This document shows, in pieces, positions 40,731-48,603 of a stretch of 53,692 nt of DNA. Every line of letters begins with the position of its first letter. The first letter of the stretch is position 1. This DNA is from a virus. Below the pieces are notes generated by a model. It was not told the origin of the DNA and did not search any database. It worked only from the letters and a program-made list of their open reading frames with translations. The translations under genes were made by a program, and so were the position numbers. Location: IMG/VR virus record IMGVR_UViG_3300050190_000114; one strand, 5' to 3'.

Positions 40731-41399
40731 TCAGACTGTTCCGTTGTAGATCTTGCTCGCCGGGATGAGCGGTTTTCTCTTTTTTGTTTGGCTTGTAGAT
40801 TCAGCGAGCTCTGTTTCTGTTTCGAGCGCGGCGGCTGTCCCGTTCCGTTTTCCCCAGCGCGAAGCCATGCCGCGGCGCCCAGCTTCGGCGAAGTCTTCGC
40901 GGCTGCGCTTTGATGCGGCCAACTTGCCGAGCGCGACAGCGGCCGCGTTTTTCTTCCCTTTTAACGGGTGTGGGTTTCTGGCCTTCTGAATGACCGGATC
41001 AACCACCATTAAACCAAGTTGAGCAATGAAGGACATGAGCGCATCTGAACACCGGAACCATTCCCCGCGTTCGTGATCGTGGGTGAATCTGCCATGAAGC
41101 CAGCGCTCCGTACCGCGCGTTCCTGGAATATATCCCAATAGCTTCATACCTGGGAGTAATTGCCCTATTTGTGTCACACGCGACAGCACAGAACGGGCAG
41201 TGAAACCGATTTTCACGAAAGCACCGTCTGGGCTTCGGATGAAGTAGACGCAACCCGCGCCGGACCCCAACGCGTCCGAGCTGCCTGTTGCGCAATCTCG
41301 CGGCGCCGCTCCGGGCTCAACTTCCTGTTCCGCATCGCCGTCAATGACTGCGCGGCTGAATTCTTCTTGGTTGGTTTCTTGCTCATCCTGTACCATCAT
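40731..41399 (-). CDS. T5orf172/GIY-YIG-like domain protein with a basic ..SRWGKR tail
   Basis: Motif VYFIRSPDGAFVKIGFT..R..QI..PG..LLGYIPG..ERWLHGRF..ERGEWF. First gene of the leftward unit at the switch. Confidence 0.6.
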   Translation of the reverse strand: MMVQDEQETNQEEFSRAVIDGDAEQEVEPGAAPRDCATGSSDALGSGAGCVYFIRSPDGAFVKIGFTARSVLSRVTQIGQLLPGMKLLGYIPGTRGTERWLHGRFTHDHERGEWFRCSDALMSFIAQLGLMVVDPVIQKARNPHPLKGKKNAAAVALGKLAASKRSREDFAEAGRRGMASRWGKRNGTAAALETETELAESTSQTKKRKPLIPASKIYNGTV

Positions 41400-41402
41400 A
41401 CA

Positions 41403-41487
41403 ATGCTTTCGGAAGTATAGCTAAGGCAATTTTATTTGTCAATACTACCGAAAGCATCTTGACTTGCTTTCGGAAGCATGGCAAAAT
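41403..41487. promoter_or_regulatory. Divergent promoter/operator switch
   Basis: Leftward TTGACA-N17-TATACT (41442-41414). Rightward TTGACT-N17-CAAAAT (41459-41487). Palindromes ATGCTT-TCGG-AAGTAT (41403-41418) and TTGCTT-TCGG-AAGCAT (41464-41479). Half-site at 41448-41457. Confidence 0.6.
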
Positions 41488-41493
41488 CAATTC

Positions 41494-41640
41494 ATGAATT
41501 GCAACTGCTACTACTGGACACTGAAGTTTCACCAGTGTAAAGCGCTCGCGGGTAAGCCAGTGCAAGCACCAGCCGACAAGCGGACCTCCGATCCCAACCC
41601 GCAGCCGACCTCGATTCAAACCCAAAAGGAAGGTCTCTAA
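41494..41640 (+). CDS. 48-aa first rightward ORF (below the track cutoff, possibly leaderless)
   Basis: The ATG lies 6 nt after the -10. Translation MNCNCYYWTLKFHQCK. The 3' end is an R1 repeat. Confidence 0.4.
   Translation: MNCNCYYWTLKFHQCKALAGKPVQAPADKRTSDPNPQPTSIQTQKEGL
41579..41621 (+). repeat. R1 repeat
   Basis: Sequence AGCGGACCTCCGATCCCAACCCGCAGCCGACCTCGATTCAAAC. Confidence 0.9.
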
Positions 41641-41642
41641 CC

Positions 41643-41858
41643 ATGGATAACGATCAACTACTAAATCAGATTCAAGGGCTCTTGGAAGGGATGGAGCGGC
41701 GCTTCGATCAGAAGATTGCCGATCTTGGAACCCGCCTCACGGCCCGCATCGATCGCTTAGACAACCGCCTTGAAATGCTGGCCGGTATCGTCGCCATTCT
41801 CACTCCGGTTGTCATCCGGCTCGACTCCCGCGTTCAAAAACTGGAGGATGCAAAGTGA
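41643..41858 (+). CDS. Small coiled-coil protein
   Basis: SD AAAGGAAGG. Heptad-like sequence. Confidence 0.55.
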   Translation: MDNDQLLNQIQGLLEGMERRFDQKIADLGTRLTARIDRLDNRLEMLAGIVAILTPVVIRLDSRVQKLEDAK

Positions 41859-42094
41859 CCTTTGAAATCCCCTGCCAGGGATGCTCCGGCGCTGGATTCT
41901 TCGGCGGCAACGGCCCCACTGTTGAACGCAAGTGCGAAGCGTGCGACGGAAGAGGCGTACTCGTCGAAGATACGCTAGCTAATGTATGGCCCGTTCCGAA
42001 GTCTGTTTTCGCGTCAATGACCAGAGACGAAGGGCAAAAGCTGTTCAATCAGATTCAGGAGAATAGGATGCATCGGGAGGATTTTGGTGTCTAA
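41855..42094 (+). CDS. DnaJ-type CxxCxGxG zinc-finger protein
   Basis: Motifs CQGCSGAG and CEACDGRG. GTGA overlap. Confidence 0.6.
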   Translation: MTFEIPCQGCSGAGFFGGNGPTVERKCEACDGRGVLVEDTLANVWPVPKSVFASMTRDEGQKLFNQIQENRMHREDFGV

Positions 42095-42761
42095 AAGAAA
42101 ATTTAATAGTCTGGGTACGCCACCCAAGAAAGCTCAGAAGTTGGCCGCGTCAGTCGCTACGGACTCGGACTCGGCATTGCGCGAAGGCAACCGTGCGCCG
42201 GGTAAAAAACATGAGCTCGTAACCGCTGCCCGCGCGAAACAAATACGGGACTTTGCCCGCTCATTCAAACAACTCTGCGACGTTTACCAGTTGGATGTTT
42301 TCGCCAGCATCGACGGAGACTTCATCGAGATCGTGGAGCGCAATGTCAAGTATCCGAATGGGTACGAATACAGCGGCATGATGAAGGGCATTTATGGCGG
42401 AAGGTTGCAGGGTCTCTATATCGAGCGCGAATGTGAAGACGACGAAGCCGACGCCGCGTCTGTTTCCGCAGGTTCGGAAATACCCGAGCGCGGAAGTCCC
42501 TGGACCCTCGATGAAATAATCGAACTGGCGAAAACGGCTATCGATAATGGGCTGGACTATGTAAGCGTCGCACCGGGCACGCTACCTTCATTCCAGGAGG
42601 AGTTTGAATTCCAATTGCACGCCCCCGAGCACAGCGGGCGACCATTACCGACGCCGGCTCAACTCGCCGTAGCGCTTGCCATCTGGAACGCCGACGAACG
42701 GACCTCTGGCCCAAAATTCCCGCACGCGCCCGAATTCAAACCCAAAGGAGACACCGCGTGA
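42084..42761 (+). CDS. Hypothetical early protein
   Basis: ORF from the track. Contains an L5 core (42169-42183) and an R1 copy. Confidence 0.55.
   Translation: MVSKRKFNSLGTPPKKAQKLAASVATDSDSALREGNRAPGKKHELVTAARAKQIRDFARSFKQLCDVYQLDVFASIDGDFIEIVERNVKYPNGYEYSGMMKGIYGGRLQGLYIERECEDDEADAASVSAGSEIPERGSPWTLDEIIELAKTAIDNGLDYVSVAPGTLPSFQEEFEFQLHAPEHSGRPLPTPAQLAVALAIWNADERTSGPKFPHAPEFKPKGDTA
42696..42741 (+). repeat. R1 repeat
   Basis: Sequence GAACGGACCTCTGGCCC..CCCGAATTCAAAC. Ends 16 nt before the next start. Confidence 0.8.
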
Positions 42762-43306
42762 TAATCAGACCAGAACCCAACAAGCCTCTAACTGTAAACT
42801 TGCTCTACCCTTCCGCCAAAGAGAAGCCAGGCCGAAGTGGAATCGATTTCATGTACACCCTAGTGGGCGGAAACGCGCTCTTCGTCCCACCAGTGGCTCA
42901 CGATGAAATCCAGAAGCTCCACGCCGGCCCAGGCGAACCGTTCACGCTTCTGAAAACCATCGGGCAAGGAAATCAGGCGCAATGGAAAGTGGAGAGGATT
43001 GTACAACCGAGCGCCCCGCCTTCGGAGGAAGAAACGAGACGCCCGGTTCCTAGCACAATTGCCCCACGGTCTATCACAAACCGGACCAATGGCAAGGTCC
43101 CAGTTTCAGTCATGCCAGCCGCACCGACTTTGAGCACTCCGCAATCGCGGACTCTCGTTAAGCAACTCTTTGCATCGGTCGATGCCTGGAAGTTGACGAA
43201 AGAATACGCCAGGAGTCAGGGAATCGAGCTAGAACCCACCAGCCGGGATATCTGCGCGCTGGCGATCACGGGCGGAATTCAGGTATTTAAGGAGGGGGTG
43301 TACTGA
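42758..43306 (+). CDS. Hypothetical early protein
   Basis: GTGA overlap. Confidence 0.6.
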   Translation: MIIRPEPNKPLTVNLLYPSAKEKPGRSGIDFMYTLVGGNALFVPPVAHDEIQKLHAGPGEPFTLLKTIGQGNQAQWKVERIVQPSAPPSEEETRRPVPSTIAPRSITNRTNGKVPVSVMPAAPTLSTPQSRTLVKQLFASVDAWKLTKEYARSQGIELEPTSRDICALAITGGIQVFKEGVY

Positions 43307-44283
43307 TGGAGCCCGGTACCGTACATTCGATTTGGGAGTTGGCAGAGAATCTGAATCAGCGCGTGAAGAAGTTGGAGGTGTCGTTGGCATCAGCGGTACC
43401 GCCCGGTTCAGAGTCGGGATTGCGCGGGAAATATTTACACCGAATCCGGAGGGTCAAAACCCATTTAGGATCGCCATCAGAGATTCCGGTGGGCTGTATC
43501 GGCGCCGACTTCGTGCTTTTTAGTGACCAAGAATACCAGACCTTGATCCACACTCCGCTGCCAACAAGCGGACCTCCCACTCCAGACCTCGCAGACAGCC
43601 CGAATTCAAACACTGAAAATCCCGACACCCTAGTTCCTGTCTGGATAAGAGAATACGTTCAGCGGCAGATAGATCAGAGGTTGGGCTCAACGGTACCGCC
43701 CGGTTCAGAGTCGGCATTGCGCGAACAATGGAGCCTGCCGGGATCTGTAGAGAGTGGCCTAGCTCCACTTGACCAATGGGACCTACTTGGTGAACTGGCG
43801 AGAATCGCGAAGGATCGAGATCAAGTACGTAAGACGTGTAACGAATACGCGGGACATCTTCATTCTGGCGGCGCGTTTATCGGCGGGAAGCCAGCATCAG
43901 TAGAAGATGTACGCGCATGGATGGCCCGGCGCGATGCCAACTCACGACAGCCAGCGGGCGGACCTCCCACACCAGACCTTGCGGGCAGCCCGGATTCAAA
44001 CACTCAACCATACCTGGACCCGTATTATGGAACACCACCGTCTGAAATTGTCGATAAAACTCCACAGCATCGCATCGGAGTTCACGACTACGCCTCTTTA
44101 GTCTCCGCATTGCGATCTAATTTTAAGCAAGTATTTGGAGACGATCAGCCGTTGACTGATCCACAAGACATGATCCAGCGGTTGACGGCAGAAATTCGGA
44201 GATTGAAGGGAGGCAGTGAGCAAGGTTTCGGTCGTGCGGTCCGCCTGCCGACTGAGGAAAACGGGCCGGAGGACGAGGCATGA
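43306..44283 (+). CDS. Early protein built from two repeat-containing modules
   Basis: Contains two L5-like blocks and two R1 copies in the order L5-R1-L5-R1. Confidence 0.6.
   Translation: MEPGTVHSIWELAENLNQRVKKLEVSLASAVPPGSESGLRGKYLHRIRRVKTHLGSPSEIPVGCIGADFVLFSDQEYQTLIHTPLPTSGPPTPDLADSPNSNTENPDTLVPVWIREYVQRQIDQRLGSTVPPGSESALREQWSLPGSVESGLAPLDQWDLLGELARIAKDRDQVRKTCNEYAGHLHSGGAFIGGKPASVEDVRAWMARRDANSRQPAGGPPTPDLAGSPDSNTQPYLDPYYGTPPSEIVDKTPQHRIGVHDYASLVSALRSNFKQVFGDDQPLTDPQDMIQRLTAEIRRLKGGSEQGFGRAVRLPTEENGPEDEA
43383..43427 (+). repeat. L5-like block inside a coding sequence
   Basis: Sequence GTTGGCATCAGCGGTACCGCCCGGTTCAGAGTCGGGATTGCGCGG. Confidence 0.75.
43567..43611 (+). repeat. R1 repeat (mid-gene)
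   Basis: Sequence AGCGGACCTCCCACTCCAGACC..CCCGAATTCAAAC. Confidence 0.85.
43681..43723 (+). repeat. L5-like block inside a coding sequence
   Basis: Sequence TTGGGCTCAACGGTACCGCCCGGTTCAGAGTCGGCATTGCGCG. Confidence 0.8.
43957..44001 (+). repeat. R1 repeat (mid-gene)
   Basis: Sequence GGCGGACCTCCCACACCAGACC..CCCGGATTCAAAC. Confidence 0.85.
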
Positions 44284-44591
44284 GCAACGAACTACAAACC
44301 GCACTAGCTCTCGCTGTAACCGGGCTCGAGCAATCAAAACGTGAGCTACTGGAAATATTCGCATGGGCGAGCACACCTCGAATGATAAGCCCAGAGGAGC
44401 GATCCCGCCATGCAATGGCAATCGCCCTGGCACGTTCAAGCCTGCCGGTTATCGACAGCAGCTTACGTCAGTCCTTCAAGATTCTGACCGGCCATAATCC
44501 CCCGGCTATGGGAGACTGGCCGGAAACAGCGGACAAGCGGACCTCCGACCCCAACCCGGCATCCGGCCTCGATTCAGACAAAAAGGATTAA
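44280..44591 (+). CDS. Hypothetical early protein
   Basis: ATGA overlap. The 3' end is an R1 repeat. Confidence 0.55.
   Translation: MSNELQTALALAVTGLEQSKRELLEIFAWASTPRMISPEERSRHAMAIALARSSLPVIDSSLRQSFKILTGHNPPAMGDWPETADKRTSDPNPASGLDSDKKD
44536..44579 (+). repeat. R1 repeat
   Basis: Sequence AGCGGACCTCCGACCCCAACCCGG..CCTCGATTCAGAC. Confidence 0.85.
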
Positions 44592-44595
44592 ATCC

Positions 44596-44814
44596 GTGCT
44601 TCTTTGGGAAACTTCAGCCGATAAGAACTCCATGCCCCAAGCAGACCTTTTTGAAGCCCTTTCAGGATTCTACGATGCTGAAAAAGAGCAGGATTTATTA
44701 CGAGCAGCAACCTGGCTGAGACATCTGGAGTTTTTAAAATATATGCAGAGTTTGCAATCGACCAGTACCGCGACCCCAAGCGGGTACGAGGGCGGCGAGA
44801 GGCGGCGCGGGTGA
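44596..44814 (+). CDS. Hypothetical early protein
   Basis: GTG start. GTGA-coupled to the next gene. Confidence 0.5.
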   Translation: MLLWETSADKNSMPQADLFEALSGFYDAEKEQDLLRAATWLRHLEFLKYMQSLQSTSTATPSGYEGGERRRG

Positions 44815-45638
44815 CAAAGATCGAGTGGACTGATGAAACCTGGAACCCGACGCGCGGTTGTTCTCGAGTTTCGGAAGGTTGCCGATACTGTTACGCCGAG
44901 CGCCAGGCGGCTAGGAACCTGCCAGGTAGCCGATCCCCCACAACCGGCGAAGCCTTCGCCATTCTCACCGACTCCGGCCCGCGTTGGACCGGCAAAGTCG
45001 AACTGATCGAATCAAAACTAACCGAACCACTCCACTGGAAGACCCCCCGGCGTGTGTTCGTCAATTCGATGAGCGACCTATTCCATGAGCAGTTGCCGGA
45101 TGAGGCGATAGACCGCGTTTTCGCCGTGATGGAAGTCACCCGGCACATCACGTACCAGGTGCTCACAAAGCGCGCCGAACGGCAGCGGGCTTACATAATA
45201 AACCGATGGCGGCGCGTCGGTGGACTCTTGAGCGAACAGGGTAAACGGCCACTCGATAATGTCTGGCTCGGGGTATCGGTCGAAGACAAGACCAACAAAT
45301 ACAGGATCGATCTTTTGCGCCAGACGCCGGCCGCGGTTCGATTTTTGTCGATAGAACCTCTACTCGAAGACATCGGCGAACTGGACTTGACCGGCGTCCA
45401 CTGGGGTATCGTAGGCGGCGAATCCGGCCCGCAGGCGCGGCCGTGCGACCTCGCATGGATCGAATCCACCGTTGACCAGTTCGGATCCGCTGGCGTGCCT
45501 CTATTCGTCAAGCAGGTAGGCACAAGGCCGGGATATCAACGTAAAAACGGCTGGCGAGATATCGACCTGAAAGATTCCAAGGGCGGCAACTGGGATGAGT
45601 GGCCGCAAAAGCTCCGCGTCCGGGAGTTTCCCCGATGA
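44811..45638 (+). CDS. Phage Gp37/Gp68 family protein (DUF5131-like)
   Basis: N-terminus KIEWTDETWNPTRGCSRVSEGCRYCYA, plus FLSIEPLL and GGESGP. Confidence 0.8.
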   Translation: MTKIEWTDETWNPTRGCSRVSEGCRYCYAERQAARNLPGSRSPTTGEAFAILTDSGPRWTGKVELIESKLTEPLHWKTPRRVFVNSMSDLFHEQLPDEAIDRVFAVMEVTRHITYQVLTKRAERQRAYIINRWRRVGGLLSEQGKRPLDNVWLGVSVEDKTNKYRIDLLRQTPAAVRFLSIEPLLEDIGELDLTGVHWGIVGGESGPQARPCDLAWIESTVDQFGSAGVPLFVKQVGTRPGYQRKNGWRDIDLKDSKGGNWDEWPQKLRVREFPR

Positions 45639-45865
45639 AACCACCCACCGAAGCCGATCTGATCGAAATCGAGAATCACGTTTTGAAAACGTGGCAGATC
45701 GCCGAAGCTGAAGGTGGAAACCGGCCCTGGCGCATAGTGAGGACCCTGGAATACTTGATAGAGATGGCCCGCCTTCGTGTAGTGCGACCAATTCCCCCGA
45801 TGCCACCGCGCAAAGCTAAGCCTAAACCCGTTTCCAGCGTTCAACCCAAACCCAAAAACCGTTAA
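45635..45865 (+). CDS. Hypothetical small protein
   Basis: ATGA overlap at 45635, same frame as track ORF 45599. Confidence 0.5.
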   Translation: MKPPTEADLIEIENHVLKTWQIAEAEGGNRPWRIVRTLEYLIEMARLRVVRPIPPMPPRKAKPKPVSSVQPKPKNR

Positions 45866-46023
45866 TGCCTATACTTTTATACAACTTAGAACTTACTGAA
45901 GATGAAATCATTCACCTCTGGGCTTTATTGGCCATGCGAACCTTGAAAATCTCGCCACTTATCAACCTGGAGGAGTCGATGTTGCAAAAAATAGAAGAGA
46001 TGCTCCAGGTTAAATCCCGATGA
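45865..46023 (+). CDS. 52-aa ORF in a locally AT-rich segment (below the track cutoff)
   Basis: TAATG and ATGA overlaps at its ends. Translation MPILLYNLELTEDEIIHLW. Confidence 0.4.
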   Translation: MPILLYNLELTEDEIIHLWALLAMRTLKISPLINLEESMLQKIEEMLQVKSR

Positions 46024-46346
46024 GAGCCTACGCCGTCGCCAATACAGCCCTTACAGCGCATCCGAAACTAACCCGGCACTCTGACTACCTCCGGTTTATC
46101 CGACGCCAGCCCTGCGTAGTCTGTGGCGCGCTGTATACCATCGAGGCGGCGCATTCAGGGGTTAGGGGATTGGGACAGAAGGCGGATGACTTATTCACCC
46201 TGCCACTTTGCCGGCATCACCACCGAACCGGACCTCATTCTCACCATAAGCTTGGGAAGAGGTTCTGGGGTCATCATGCGCTTGATAGAGTAACTCTCAT
46301 AAGGGAACTGCAACGCCTCTGGAAGTTGGAAAATGGAAACCTTTAG
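46020..46346 (+). CDS. DUF968-like Cys/His zinc-binding (HNH-related) protein
   Basis: Pattern QPCVVCG..AHS..LPLCRHHH. Confidence 0.5.
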   Translation: MRAYAVANTALTAHPKLTRHSDYLRFIRRQPCVVCGALYTIEAAHSGVRGLGQKADDLFTLPLCRHHHRTGPHSHHKLGKRFWGHHALDRVTLIRELQRLWKLENGNL

Positions 46347-47208
46347 GGCTGTTCCGGGGTACGAGGGCATTTATGAAGTTTCCGTTGATGGCACTATTCA
46401 GCGGATAGCCGGCGGAAAAGGTGCCGTTCCAGGCCGACATCTTCGCCCACGGATCGGAGACAACGGTTACCCGTATGTGAATCTATGGCGCAACTGTAAA
46501 GGTCGATCTTTGACTGTCCACAGTATTGTAGCCGCTGCTTTTCTCGGCGAGCGACCGCCAGGTTTTGAGGTTAACCACGAAGACGGCGACCGCACGAATC
46601 CAAAATTAGGAAACCTGGAGTACACCGCTCAGGACGATAACCGCCGACACTCTTGGAATGCTGGATTGTGCCCAGTTGGTGAACATCACGGTTCAGCCGT
46701 CCTGACCGAAGCGACCGTTCACTCCATCCGCGTACGCTACAAAACTGGCGAAAATCACATATCTATCGCCAAAAGCGTGAAGTTCCCGACCCGTTATGTC
46801 AAAGATGTACTTCGCGGGAAAAACTGGTTTTGGCTTCAGACTTCCGGTATAGACCTCATTGAATTGGCTGAATTGTTTCAAAATCGCTACCCTGCTGAAC
46901 GCTCTGGAAAATGGAGGTTGAAACCGTGTCCCGAAATCATAACAGGCTCAAATCTCAACCCTTCGTACAGGATGACTCAAAGAACGCGCCGATACGACCC
47001 GATCAAGCCGGAAGATCGCCAATTTCTCATGGATAAATTTGCTGGGTTATGCGCCTACTGCGGAAATCTGGCTTCGACTCTCGATCACGTTCTAGCTGTG
47101 AAACTCGGCGGCAGAAGTGTCCGAGAGAATCTCCTACCCGCCTGCCAATCGTGCAACAGCCGTAAAAATGATCGAACCTTAGAAAACTTCATACTGTCCA
47201 CTAAGTAG
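46333..47208 (+). CDS. Free-standing homing-type endonuclease: NUMOD4/HNH_3-like N-terminus plus a second C-terminal HNH
   Basis: Motifs VPGYEGIYEVSVDGTI, VHSIVAAAF, VNHEDGDRTNPKLGNLEY and CAYCG..LDHV..CQSCNSRKND. Confidence 0.8.
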   Translation: METFRAVPGYEGIYEVSVDGTIQRIAGGKGAVPGRHLRPRIGDNGYPYVNLWRNCKGRSLTVHSIVAAAFLGERPPGFEVNHEDGDRTNPKLGNLEYTAQDDNRRHSWNAGLCPVGEHHGSAVLTEATVHSIRVRYKTGENHISIAKSVKFPTRYVKDVLRGKNWFWLQTSGIDLIELAELFQNRYPAERSGKWRLKPCPEIITGSNLNPSYRMTQRTRRYDPIKPEDRQFLMDKFAGLCAYCGNLASTLDHVLAVKLGGRSVRENLLPACQSCNSRKNDRTLENFILSTK

Positions 47209-47255
47209 GCGGACCTCCCACCCGTAACCCAGCAGCCGACCTCCTATTCAAAAAC
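47208..47255 (+). repeat. R1 repeat, intergenic copy
   Basis: Sequence GGCGGACCTCCCACCCGTAACCC..CCTCCTATTCAAAAAC, immediately after the stop of 46333..47208. Confidence 0.85.
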
Positions 47256-47557
47256 TGAAAACCCAGTTCGTAAAATAGTCCAGTCCAAGAGCAGGAAACA
47301 TCCAGCCGAGTTCCTTTTTAAAAACTCTATCTATATTGTCTTTAAGAAGTAACCGTAAGAACCGCTTGCGGGAGAAAAAATCCTTCTTGCCGAAACACTA
47401 TGAATGGGTGTATGGTGGGTGAGTCTGAAAATGACTCCAAAAAGCAGAAAGGCCGGAGCGGTTAAACTTTTCCCAAAGTCCGCATCCAGCCTCACCGAAC
47501 AATGTCACCATACCACACTAATTTAGCGAAGGCAAGTAGAAACTGGGGGATTCACCA

Positions 47558-48580
47558 GTGACGGCCCCGGTTCCACCATCAGAATCCATCCAAACCGGCA
47601 TAACCGGCAACTGGACCCGTACCAGGCCGGCATTCTTCCGCGGGCTCGCCCGACACCTGGAATACGCCGAGGATAAATGTTTCGGGCTAATTCTTCAATC
47701 AACGGTGGGCCGCGGCCGGAGTTGGGAAAAGGTCACCTGGAAACGATTCTGCGACGTGGCCGGCGTGACCCGGCGCAGATGTGAACAGGCGATAGCGTCC
47801 CTACTCGGCAAAGAAGATCCAGACCAACCAGGTGTCTATATGGACGGGTTAATCCGCCAAAGGAAAGCGGTCACGGGCGGCGGATTCGAGTACTCGATAG
47901 CAGCTCGGGCCGAAAATATCCAATCAAGTATCGCCAAATGCCGCGGCTGCGGGCAGACTGGCGAAGTGGACCTCGACCTCGATTTCATCCCCGTCCCTCA
48001 CTCCTTCTTCCTGAATCTGCCGGCATCCTGCGACCACGGCATGTACCTTGTCGTCAAAACCGTCGTAGAACGCACGATGCGATGGGACAAGGAAACAAAG
48101 CAAATCGTAATTGTCCCGTGCGAAATCACGATAGAGGAATTCGAGAGGGCCACCGGGAAGAAGCGGGCTGAAATTCTGAGCGACCTTCAAAAAGTACAGG
48201 CCGAGTGTTACCAATTCATCGGATCGGAAAGCGCCGGTCGCGGAAAGCGATACTGGGCCAGACCGGAAAACTTCGCATCAGCTCCGGCGCGCGCGGCTCG
48301 AGAAGTTAAGCAACCAAAAGAGCGAAAGAAACGGGAAACCGAAAAGACTCCAAATCCACCGCAACCGATTGAACCCACAAAGACCATACGTCCAGTTGAG
48401 TTCGTAACAGTTCCGTGTGGAGTTTGCCGGCATTGCCAGTGCTACGGGCCTGTAGATATCGTGGCCGAGGCGGATCGAGCGCCGAAAAAGCCAGCGGCCC
48501 GGGCGCGCGAGGGTCCAATACCCGAAATTTTTGCACCCGGCAAGCCCTGGCAAGCACCCTGGAAACAAAAACAAGCGTAG
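47558..48580 (+). CDS. Putative replication initiator or DNA-binding protein (function by position only)
   Basis: GTG start after a 350-nt AT-rich gap. Lies directly upstream of DnaB. Basic C-terminus. Confidence 0.35.
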   Translation: MTAPVPPSESIQTGITGNWTRTRPAFFRGLARHLEYAEDKCFGLILQSTVGRGRSWEKVTWKRFCDVAGVTRRRCEQAIASLLGKEDPDQPGVYMDGLIRQRKAVTGGGFEYSIAARAENIQSSIAKCRGCGQTGEVDLDLDFIPVPHSFFLNLPASCDHGMYLVVKTVVERTMRWDKETKQIVIVPCEITIEEFERATGKKRAEILSDLQKVQAECYQFIGSESAGRGKRYWARPENFASAPARAAREVKQPKERKKRETEKTPNPPQPIEPTKTIRPVEFVTVPCGVCRHCQCYGPVDIVAEADRAPKKPAARAREGPIPEIFAPGKPWQAPWKQKQA

Positions 48581-48603
48581 ATTTAGAAGAGGAGTGTGCG
48601 CAG

